A stretch of 49,964 bases of DNA, filler included, from Streblomastix strix (Eukaryota): NCBI GenBank assembly GCA_008636045.1. It is 3 parts of 3 records of this genome, joined end to end, with 100 filler letters (N's around TTAATTAATTAA, not from the genome) between each part and the next. Parts side by side here need not be neighbours in the genome. Positions count along the whole stretch, not along the records: positions 33,382 to 49,964 come from SNRW01000792.1; 2 more parts are not named here. The stretch is one strand, 5' to 3'. The position numbers and the translations under genes are program-made. The notes beneath the pieces are model-generated. The model did not search any database. It saw only the letters and a list, made by a program, of their open reading frames with translations, and was not told the DNA's origin. Below, in pieces: positions 39,077 to 49,799 of the stretch; the first letter of the stretch is position 1, and every line of letters begins with the position of its first letter.

Positions 39077-39203
39077 TTGGCCAGTTGTCCAGTTGGCCAC
39101 AGCTTTTTATAAAAGTTTTTGACTCGGAACACTCGGAACACTCGGAACACCTAAAAGTCATTCACTAACTGCATCAATTATCCGCGCCAAAATATCGCTT
39201 TTT
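39077..39203 (+). repeat. Intergenic repeat, variant A, forward orientation
   Basis: Near-identical core to 1164 and 1412. Confidence 0.9.
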
Positions 39204-39279
39204 CATAAATGATTTTTCCAATTATCAACGTTTTTATATTTCATTAAGTATTTATTTAACTATTTCATTTTTTTATTGA

Positions 39280-41002
39280 ATGTAAAAGATGAATAGATTT
39301 CTAATGAAAGCCACACATTTACAACAAGCAGGGACCATTGAAGAAACATTATTAGGTACTGCTGTCGTTCCATTCACTATTGACGGAGAACTTCATTATT
39401 CAATCAAGGAAATCAAACCAGAATCTTAAATGCCAGCGTTATTTGATAAGGAGATTATTATAAGTTTATCAGACACAGACCACGACATCACATAGATATA
39501 AAATTCGTTCTTGTCGGTAGTGCTAACGGCTAATATCTAACTCGATGATAAATTTGATAAAATTGATGAATCATATAAAGACGGATTGGTTCTATTTGTT
39601 GGTCTCAAATCGGGTTCAAATCTTATTAGAGAATACACCATCTATCATAGAGGTAAAACCATCTATGGAAGCTTATAGAATGACGCAACAACTGAATCAT
39701 TCATTTATAACACAATCAAGCCGAAAAGTGAGAAAAATAATAGAAAACATATACATTTTTTATACGAGAACATTCATAATTTTGATACGTCAGCGTGTGG
39801 AACATATATAAGTATGCGAGAGATTGAAGAGCTAATAGGAAATCAGACAGCGGTTCCTTATACAATTCCAATACGTTTTAGAGTCAGTATTCCACTTGAT
39901 GACCTCTTGATATTCTCTGCATTCACTGATTACCCTAATGGCCTATTTGGTGATTTAAAAATAAAATTCAAAATTAATCTTCATGCATTTGTTTTCTGTC
40001 AAGTGAATCCAATAATTTCAATGGCTAAATATTATATAATGAATAAAGATGAATTATTGGGTAGTAGTCAGTAGAAGCTAATGGATAGTGATTTGATGTT
40101 CAGAAATTGGAGTCTGACATTCTAATACACTAAATAATTTACATAATTGGGATGCATTGCTGATTTGATTACAGGACTACATGCGGAACCACTTACTGAA
40201 TCAGGACTGAAGAACTTAATATGCGACATCAAACCCGTTACCATAAGCATAAAAAAATTATTTCATTACTGAGGTTGCTGCACACATGGCAGGTTATAAA
40301 GCTACTGATGCATGCCTTAATCGAGTCCGTTAATTCTACAGCTAACTTCCATTTGTTGTTCCCGCTCAACATGTGGAAGCATGACCATTTCCAACGAGTG
40401 CCGCACTAACGGGAATACGAACATCTTAAAATATTCCTCTATCTCACGTAACCGACTTCTTCCGTCTATTTCTTAAAGATGCAAGAGCAACAACTTGCTT
40501 AGATAATCCTTGCTATTAGAACATGTTTTTAATTACCTGTGGCCGCAATTTCCCAGATATGCCTATGAATACTCTTGATCAATAATTCTTCCAATTATAA
40601 CTCAATGCATCAAATCTTGACCTGTTATTCGAAGCCACTGATGAATTTGAAGATGCTTTAACAACACCAAGAAATACAGCAACCCGAAGACTGAACCCTC
40701 ATACAGATTTAACAAGCTTTTTGATAACTCTTTAATGTGAAAGGAACAGCAATGGAGCACTAACTTTTGATGGATTAGACACTCAGAACTAAAACACATC
40801 TGTCGAACTCAGAGAAGCACCAATATATTAAGGAGCAACAGATTCATATTATAATGTAGATACCAGCGGAAAGAGACCGCCACCTCCGATTTTATGCACT
40901 GTTCATGATACATTTTTGTTGTTCTCACCCGCTGCGGGCGGAAGCTGCATATATGATACAAACCATTCATTTGATGAAGTTATCGGACCACATAGTGCAT
41001 GA
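39280..41002 (+). pseudogene. Major capsid protein (double jelly-roll, ~570 aa); one frameshift (~40255) and one in-frame TGA (~40382)
   Basis: Beta-rich sequence: DITQIQNSFLSVVL, SNLIREYTIYHRGKTI, FRVSIPLDDL..F..FTDYPNGLFGDLKIKFKI, CGRNFP, TFDGLDTQNQNTSVEL. Size and position beside penton-like gene and ATPase support the call. Confidence 0.75.
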
Positions 41003-41135
41003 AATAATTGAACCGTTATTTGATAACATTTTTATTTTTTTATTTATATATAACTAACATCTAAACATTAATATAGTTAATTAAATAGGTCATTGGTTAT
41101 ATTTCTAATAACTATTTTTATTTATTTTATAATAA

Positions 41136-41531
41136 ATGGCTTCAAATATGACATCAGCATAAAACTTAAAATATTACACTTTGACATAAGATGATGGAAT
41201 TGTAATCGGAGAAAACAGATAAAATGGAGTTGGTTTTGCATTACCATATGCGTTTGTAAATTCAGATAATTAAAGAAAAATAATATTCTGCTAATGTCAT
41301 TGTTCAAACTAAGGCACTAACGAGGACATAAGCGTTCATAGTTCAATGGTTCAAGAAGAATAATATTTCGATTAATTTCTAGGCTATTGTAATGAATAAC
41401 GAGTCTATAAACCTTTCATCCAATATTCGCACAACAGATATTTATATGTATCGTTCCGTTAAAATTAAGAATTATTGGATATATATTAAAATTAACTAAA
41501 ATTTGTTCTGGAGTTGATGCTAGAATATTGA
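41136..41531 (+). CDS. 131-aa minimal penton/minor-capsid-like protein
   Basis: Intact ORF ...GFALPYAFVNS...KIIFCQC...ISVHSSMV...YLYVSFRQNQELLDIYQNQLKFVLELMLEY*. The C-terminus fits the single jelly-roll penton pattern; directly follows the MCP. Confidence 0.55.
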
Positions 41532-41536
41532 GAACG

Positions 41537-41561
41537 TTGCTGGCTCAAAAATGAGCTAGCA
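41537..41561. terminator. Stem-loop just after the penton-like gene stop
   Basis: TGCTGGCTCA-AAAA-TGAGCTAGCA. Confidence 0.35.
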
Positions 41562-41657
41562 CATTAACAGTTTTATTTTTGTTTAAATCATCGGGCCACG
41601 CTACCAACTAAAAACACCCACCCCTAGAAAGTTGATGGGCTAAATTAGCCGGACAAG

Positions 41658-41994
41658 GAAAAATAAATTAGACAATAGAATTGAAAATTTACGTTGGGTA
41701 AATAACTCGGAAAATCAGAAAAATAAGGGTAATTACAGGTAAAATATTATATATAACATTATAAATGAATTATCTGATGACGCAATAGTGGTAAATGATT
41801 ATGGAAAATATTAATTTGAATTTATTTGTTTCGATAACAATAAATTTTATTTCTATAACGGATTATAATATCGTGAATTGCATATAAATGAGCATTAATC
41901 TGGCGCGTTATTTGTCTATGCTTTTGATACAGACAAGAAATAACGGCTCATTTACCTTAACAAATTTAAGAAATTATATGATATTCAAATTTGA
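41658..41994 (+). pseudogene. 5'-truncated HNH endonuclease
   Basis: NKLDNRIENLRWVNNSENQKNK...ELSDDAIVVNDYGKYQFE...FYFYNGLQYREL...YLNKFKKLY; same family as 25939. Confidence 0.8.
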
Positions 41995-42028
41995 ACAACG
42001 TTATTTATTTTATTTTTGCAGAAATAAA

Positions 42029-42388
42029 ATGGAAAGAATATTATTTGACAACAGAAAAAACAATTAATTTACTTCAAAATTATAAATAGAAACGGATGAA
42101 TAGGATGAAATGCCACTCGAGGAGGGGGTCGAAGGTTAGACTAACGGACATAAATATTTTGAGACTTTAAACGATTTCAAATAATTTATTTCCCAAAATA
42201 AATAATAATTATCTAAACTATCAACGTAAAAACTAAATAAATTATATAAATTGGAAGGTTATAAGTTATCAAAAATAGAAGGTCAAATATGTATAAGAAC
42301 TTGTGCGAAAGACTAATTGAATAAGATTGAGTATAAATTAGACTAGTTTTTGGATGTTCTGAACCATTTGGTTTAAGCGCTGAAATGA
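42029..42388 (+). CDS. 119-aa uncharacterised viral protein
   Basis: Intact ORF ...KYFETLNDFKQFISQN...LSTQKLNKLYKLEGYKLSKIEGQICI... with C-terminal coiled coil. Confidence 0.65.
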
Positions 42389-42476
42389 ATGACTTTTAGC
42401 TGCACCGAGTGCATCGAGTGCATCGAGTAAAATAGGTTCTATGAAAAATGCCAGTCGATCCGCCAAATAGTCGAAA
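42386..42476 (-). repeat. Intergenic repeat, variant B, reverse orientation, partly degenerate
   Basis: TGAATGACTTTTAGCTGCACCGAGTGCATCGAGTGCATCGAGT. Confidence 0.85.
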
Positions 42477-42500
42477 ACGTTGATATTGAACATATGCGTT

Positions 42501-43288
42501 TCAGATTATTTTTACAACTGTTCCACTCATTTCATATTAGACCACTAATGCTTATTATTTGGTTAATCGCACATACTCATACCATATTGTTTCTTTATCT
42601 GATGGTATAGAAGATTAATAAAAAATTAATTAAATTTTAATCTGTTAAATGAACCGAAGAACCATAATGAATCAAGATTTGATTTAATCGCAGCATCTAA
42701 ACCAATAATGTCCTATAAACAAAGAAAGTAAGTTATTCTGGGCTATCGGTTCTTAAATAATTTTTTAAATTGTGGATTATTTTTATTTTTAAATATACTC
42801 ATTGCATCGTCAAATAAAACAATCGTTTGGGGAAATTTGACATCAAAATTACCTCCTCCGTTAGCTCCAAATACATTGGTTAATATATCATTTTATGACT
42901 TTTCAGTTAGTTCTTTTTATAATTATTTTTCTTAAATTTCATCATACGCTTATTTGCATTCAATCAAATCATTTAGCACTTAATCCGCTTCGGCATATGG
43001 AATAATTTTTGTAGGGATTTTAATTAAGTCCTTCATCTTTTTATAAATGGTATCATTATTTGAGTCGCTGACGTATATGAATAAGGTATAACAATGTTTT
43101 TTTAACTGACTTAACTTTGTTAACTCTTTGAAGACATTATACATCTTGCCACTGCCACGCTAACCTATCAATAAATTTACAGAGTTATATGTAAAATTTA
43201 ACTCTTTATGAATAATAGTTTAAATTTCGTGCTTATTCACTTTTATTTCTTTTAACATGTTATCAACTTTTTATTTTAAACTCGCCAT
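42501..43288 (-). pseudogene. A32/FtsK-family genome packaging ATPase; one frameshift near 42625
   Basis: Walker A LLIGQRGSGKM, Walker B TIVLFDDA, arginine finger/sensor KNRQPRITYFLCLQ, IKSNLDSLWFF. Confidence 0.88.
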
Positions 43289-43327
43289 TTTTATTATATA
43301 AAACTTTTTTTATCGATAAGAAATAGA

Positions 43328-44376
43328 ATGTCAGAAATGCTCGATTTAAAACAAATTGAAAAAGATCCAAGATAAGAATTTGAAGTAGAAAAAAGCGAAG
43401 GTGGTAGTGGTGCAGGTGGGATGATGGACATTGATGGAATGGAGGATGATTACAATTATTATGAATCATAAGCATCAAGATAGGACAGGATGAAATCACG
43501 AGCAAAACCGTTTGATAGGCTACCGTTCCATCCCAGTATGATTCAGAGAACAAGAAAGCATGCAGGCCCATAATTTAGAGAAGAGGCGGGGATGTCCTTG
43601 CTACACTCGTTGGTTATTTGAATAGAGATATAAAGAAAATTAATAGGTTATCATCAGCCGTCAGTGCTCAAAAATATATATAAGATAAGCATTTAGACAA
43701 ACGATTTAGTGTATTGGAATAGGACTTAGATGATAATGTAGCCATTCCTGATAATGTGGTTGTGTTTGATAAGAAAAAGAACGCAATTTATTCAGTCGAT
43801 GGTTATACAACAACAGTAGGATTTGGCGACCCATAACATTAACATAAAAGAAATTGGAAGAAAAAATATTATTCGGATGTTAATGATTTAGAACGAGCTG
43901 CATTGGCAGCCAAATTAAAACAATAAGGAATAAAAGGCGGCCTTTACATGAAATGGTTATCAATGACTAAGCCGCATAAGGTAAGAGAAATAAAGAATTA
44001 TAGTTTCAGAGCATTTACCGTCAATGCTAAAAAAGTCATAGACGCTAATGGAGGCGCATAATTGCCAATGGCAACCAAACAATAAATAATGGCATCTGTT
44101 TGGAATTCAGTTCTTATTAGTCCTGCTGTAGAAATATTAGAAATATAAGACGGAAAAATAGACATATATAACAGAAGTAATAAAACTAAAATTTAGTAAG
44201 GATAATACGAATATTTACCACTTGCTAAAAGATTGTATAAGAAAGAATTGGCTGCCGTTATTACTCAACTATATTAAGCTGAAGATGTCGATGCTAGAAT
44301 TAAGGAAGCACTTGGATAAGCTATGTAATATTATGGTCAAATGTTAGCATAGATAGCAATAAATAGGTGGTTATGA
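43328..44376 (+). pseudogene. Uncharacterised ~350-aa viral protein (possible core protein), one frameshift
   Basis: MSEMLDLKQ...SEGGSGAGGMM...SAQKYIQDKHL..FSVLEQDLDDN..PDNVVVFD...IYSVDGY; divergent from the ATPase with only 39 bp between starts. Confidence 0.6.
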
Positions 44377-44450
44377 ATTAGCTAAATACAAATTCATTTA
44401 AACCAAACAATGATTTAGCATAAATTTATTTTTAATTATTTTTCTCACTT

Positions 44451-44604
44451 CTGGCAGAATGGCAGGCTGGCAGCAGTTTTTGATGAAAGTTTCTGACCCG
44501 ATGCACTCGATGCACTCGGTGTAGTCAAAAGTCATTCATAAACAACTCCATTTACGCGTGCCAAAATATTGCTTTTTATAAAAGTTTTTGACTCGATGCA
44601 CTCA
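44451..44604 (+). repeat. Intergenic repeat, variant B, forward orientation, with partial second unit
   Basis: CTGGCAGA-ATGGCAGG-CTGGCAGC...GACCCGATGC-ACTCGATGC-ACTCGGTG...ACGCGTGCCAAAA. Confidence 0.9.
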
Positions 44605-44652
44605 ATAATCCAATTTATTTATGTAATTATTATTTATTTTTATTATAAATAA

Positions 44653-47600
44653 ATGACAGATAAATAGGGGTATGACTCGTAAAGACGATCAACGCCTCCG
44701 ATTGTGCATCCAATTACACCACAAATTCAAGCACTACCAGAATTATAACCGCTTATTTAATCACCTAGATAAACGCAGTCATAAATGACGTAAATGTAGG
44801 ACTATATTACATAAATGCAAATGCGCAACTATCAACCATCGCCAGAATTATAAATGGAACATCAGCAATAGTAATTGATGCAAATGTAGAATTATATTAC
44901 GTAAATGCAAACATATAATTACCAGCAAGCCCCTTCGGGCCCAGCCGAAGGCTCGCCTAAACTGCAACCCGAATAAGGCGGAGCTCAAGATGTGCGGCGG
45001 ATTATCAAGTGAATTTAAGGCACCAAAAACTAACACCAGAAATAATATGAGAGTTAATGACTTTATGTGACCCTGAAATTTAATAGAAAATAAACATTAA
45101 CGAATTAAGGTCGTAATTTTCATTAATTTTAGATAAAATTCATTTAGAAAAGGGTAGAAACAATAGGGATATAGTTCGAAATGCCATATTATAATCAAGA
45201 CCATTTGCATAACGGGTAAGGTAAGATACTTAAATAGGCCTTCAAAATGAACAAATAATAGGTAAAGTTTATGCTAAATAATTTTTTCAAGAAAAAAATA
45301 ATACGTAGAATATGTGCACTTAAGACGAATAGAGCAAACAACACAATTAATAATGGGAGCAAATGATGGAAGATTAGCGAGAGAGACATGTAGATCTATT
45401 AAAAGAAATTAAAGAATAAAAAATAAACCTTAAATAAAAATAAAATGTTGATGTGTTTAAAAATGTTAGAGATGAAATATAGGAGTTTAATGAAGAAAAT
45501 GAGGCAAGAATTATAGGCGAATTAACGCCCTGCAGAATACGATTATGTTATGTGAGCCACAACTCGAATAAGAATATGAAAGAAGAATTAATTTTGAGCG
45601 AAAATATATGTAAAATTAACACGTAAAATACGACCCATTTTATGTTCATACCATCAGCCCTACAAAAGAATATTACAAAAATGATTTGAAAACGATTGAA
45701 GATCTCGATGCTTACATAGATGAAATATATTAACGAGAAAAAAAATTTGCATTCAAAATTGCATTTGATTTTGGAGTGATTATTGAACGAGTTGATGGCT
45801 AGGAAAACGATTAATAAATAGCATATAAAATTAATCGTCCCCTTGAAGCTAGGACAGAGATGAGAGCTCCAACAACCATACGCACCCAAATCGACCTTGT
45901 CGATTATAAACGATTCATTAGAAACCACATTATTCAAATGTAAGAGAAAAACATTATGGACACAAAAGAGAAAATAGTTGGTATATTTTCAATAATGATT
46001 TATGTGTTTAGGCTTCCACACGCAGGCGCTGGAGGTGGTCGAACAATACCATCATTAAAGAAGCACATTATGAGGCGAGAGATTCGATATGTTGACCCTG
46101 AGAAAAATAATTAAAATTTATGTTTATTTCTAGCATATTCTTTTACTATGATGCCAGTCATTAAGGCTGATGTTGCTGCTGACGGTTCCGCTATTCCTGC
46201 AAAGCGTTATAAGGAATATTCACGTATTGCTGAAGCAAAACGATTATTTTAAAGAATCTATGGCAAGAAAATAGATGAAAATTATAATGGGTTTAATTTT
46301 GCAACAGAAGCGGATTAATTTATTTAAAATGAAAATTTAAATATTAATGTGATCGCTTATGAAGAAACAACGGCAACCTCAACGGCAGCACCAGCCAATT
46401 CAGGCAGTTATTACCTATGGAAGCAATATAGAAGTAACGAACAGAACGAATAAACTAAAGATTTTAATGTTCTTTTAATAACCGACACAATCATCGAACT
46501 ACAAACGGCTCACGTTTTTTTATATTAATGATGTTGAGGCGCTAACTGGTTTAAAATATTGCCCTATTTGTGGTGTGTAGGCTTATAAGACCAGAGATTC
46601 AAATTTGTAGTCAAAACTAAAAAGACACATATAAAAATGTTAAAAAAATGAGGGAAAGATAATAAAGAAAGTATATTTAGAAAAATTTCCAAGGCCTTAT
46701 GTTCCTTACATATTAAATAATGTTAGCTATAAGTATCTACTGGCACATGGTCGAGAGGATGAATTTAAACCTACTAAATATTATGTAACATATGATATTG
46801 AAACTGTAGAAAGAATCTTAAATGAAACATTCGGTGATAATTCAACATAAATTTCAATTCTTGAACCCCTTTCGATTGCAAGCACAATAAAAACAAAAAA
46901 AGGAAGTCATTAATGGTTCAAATAACGGTTCCGTTGATTAAATTTTTTCGATTTATTTTGACATTCGAACCCCTAACTTTATTAATGTTTGGATTAAATA
47001 GTTATTTAAGGAAGCCCGAAAAGTTATTGATTCAAACAAATATGAAGATGAGACGATACCATAGCATTATGAGGTTCCAGTAATTGGGTTCAATTCTTCA
47101 AAGTTCGATGTGGCTCTAATTCTTAAAAATTTATAGAGCGATGAGTGGCAAATCATTAAATATCTTGGTAGTGGTTCAAACGTTAAATAAATTATTGTTA
47201 AGCATAACATATCAGGAATAAAATTGATGTTCATTGATGCGATGATTTATTCTACAAAAATGAAATTAAAATAATTCATAAAAGATTTCACACCAAAAAG
47301 ACAGCAACAACGGAAAAATCAGAAATTCCAACCAAATTAAAATTTCCATATGAATTCATCAACTATGACAATTACTATGAAATATTTAATAATCCTTAAC
47401 CATTTCCTATTGAAGCATTTAGAAACTCAATTAAAAATAAAAATATAAGTCAAGAAAAATATTTAAATTATTTATCCATAGCTTTGTAATTTTCGAATAG
47501 GTGGGATTACCTCCGACACTATAACCTCTAAGATACTCGCTTAATGATTGAGCCACTTGATTACTTAATTGATATGTTCTTTAATTATAAAATTGATATG

Positions 47601-49594
47601 CTGCAGTTTATGTCGATGTCAGCATGCGCTAATGCTATCAAATATGCTCTTGCTTATTGGGACTTCAAACTAGATTAAGACTGCACGCCAAAAGATGATT
47701 ATGCTTCTTTTATTTTGACATAAAATTATTGGAACATCAAAGTTTAAAATTATCTAGAATAAGATAAAAAAAGAAATAGAGACACAAGCAATAATATTAA
47801 AGAATCAGATTGTGCGTTCTATTGAAAATTATTTCTATCAACAGGATGCCACATATGCAAGGCACGATTCACAAGCAAAAATCTTCCAACATTAGATAGA
47901 ATCAACAACAACATGGGCCATTCTGCAGATAACGTAAAACCTTGCTGCTTATTTTGTAATAAATTTAAGTCAAATAAAGACGAAAATTTAACAAGATTAG
48001 TAATACAATTAAAAAATTTCTGTTTGTTGAAGTCGCTACCTATGACAATAACCGGTGAAGAAATATATTAAATTTTACGTTCTGGTATCACTGGTGGATT
48101 ATCATAAGTCATGCATCGCTATAATGTTGCAGGTGAAACTAAAATAAATAAATTAAAATTTATTAATGGAAAGGTCATTAGTCAGGACACAGACCACACA
48201 ATGACCCATCTTTTGACTCTAGATTTCAACTGTTAATATCCCAGCGTTATGAGCTCAGAGCCGCATAAGTTCATCAAATATACAGGTAATAAATTATACA
48301 TGGCGGGATAAATATTGGATAAAATTACTGATAAATAAACAGCAAGAAATTTAATTTATAATCCAAATCGATTTAATGACGTTGAAGGAATGCCGCTATT
48401 TATCGTAGCTGTTAAAGGACACATCGACGAATAGCATATAAATGATTTTATTAATTTTCTTCCGATATTGAGAAACATTGACATAATGACCGATGAAAAA
48501 CATTAGGGTCATACATGTATAACCTATTACTGAAAAATAACATGTTGCACGACAAAAATGAACGAAAATTAACAAATTTATCATCGACGCATGGATAGTT
48601 CATGTCGTTCAATAATTATTATTTGTGGCTTCTCATTGATGATTTTCATTTCATTATTGACGATATTTAATGTCTTATAACGTTCTCAAAGCACGATAGA
48701 TTTAATCCATTCGTTAAGGAATTTATGAATCAAAGAATATAGGCAATAAATGAAAAAAATGATGGAAAAAAATAAATCTATAAATAAGCTATGAACTTAA
48801 TCTATGGAACTGATGGGATGAATTAAGAAAAATATTAACAAACGAAATTGTTGAGCTCTGATAGGACATGGTTGTCTCATCTCTAAGGTTCATTCGTTAA
48901 TGATTAACAATTAACAGATGATTTATATGCTGTATAATTGAATGCTGAGAGCTGCAACTGCAACACCTGCCTACATTCTGCTTATTTCGTGGTAGATAAT
49001 AGCAAATACTGGTATATAAATTTTATCTATAATTTTATGGCCAAAGCTTTCGATATGAACAGGATGCACTATATTTGTGGTGATATTGATTCGATGACAT
49101 GGGCCATTAGCGGCAACCCAGAAGATGATTACAGACAGAAATTTAAAAATATCATCAATGACTAAAAATTTTTCGATGAAAATTACCCATTATTCTTCGG
49201 TTAGTATAAACAATTATTGGGAGTCAGTTATGAGGCAGAAGGAACTGCTTGCATTGCTCTAGCTCCAAAAATTCGTTACATTTATAATCCTCTACCTAAT
49301 GAGAATGAAAAGGATTATAATTATTGTTTGAAAGGAATAATATAAAAATAAAATGTTCATTTAAACGATGAAGCATTTAAATAATCATTGAATGGAGAAT
49401 AAATATAAGCTCAAAATATTATTCTTGGTTAAAGAAATAAATAAATGTCAAAAATATAAATAAATAAAGTTGGTTTATCATCCATTCATAATTAAATGGT
49501 TGTGCTTGAAAATCAATGTTGTGCTCCGTTCCTTTACATTAACGGATAGCAATTGAGTTCAGATAATTATATAATTATTAATGATGAGCACTGA
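44653..49594 (+). pseudogene. Protein-primed DNA polymerase B with long N-terminal extension (Gln/Pro-rich, terminal-protein/OTU-like region) and embedded HNH module; several frameshifts and TGA
   Basis: ExoI VTYDIET, ExoII IGFNSSKFD, KFPYE, ExoIII YLRHYNLQD, SGITGGLSQVMHR, motif A LDFNCQYPSVM, motif B KQAMNLIYG, motif C ICGDIDSM, IALAPK. Confidence 0.93.
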
Positions 49595-49611
49595 TGATAG
49601 GCACTAAAAAT

Positions 49612-49726
49612 AAGCGTTATTTTGGCACGCGTAAATGGATTGGTTAGTGAATTACTTTTAGCTGCACCGAGTGCATCGAGTCAAAAACTTTCATCAAAAA
49701 CTGCTGCCAGCCTGCCATTCTGCCAG
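49612..49726 (-). repeat. Intergenic repeat, variant B, reverse orientation (two 9-mer units)
   Basis: TTTTGGCACGCGTAAATGG...GCACCGAGTGCATCGAGTCAAAAAC...GCTGCCAGCCTGCCATTCTGCCAG. Confidence 0.9.
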
Positions 49727-49799
49727 ATAGTCGAAACATTATTTGAATCATTAACATCTCCATTAATGCCTTTAATTGTTTTATTTTTGCAAGAAATAA

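Noticed and set aside
40250..40390. Programmed frameshift or TGA readthrough in the MCP and other viral genes
   Set aside because: Disruptions fall in homopolymer runs or at Trp/Arg/Gly codons one step from TGA, and are scattered across many genes. Decay or sequencing error is simpler.
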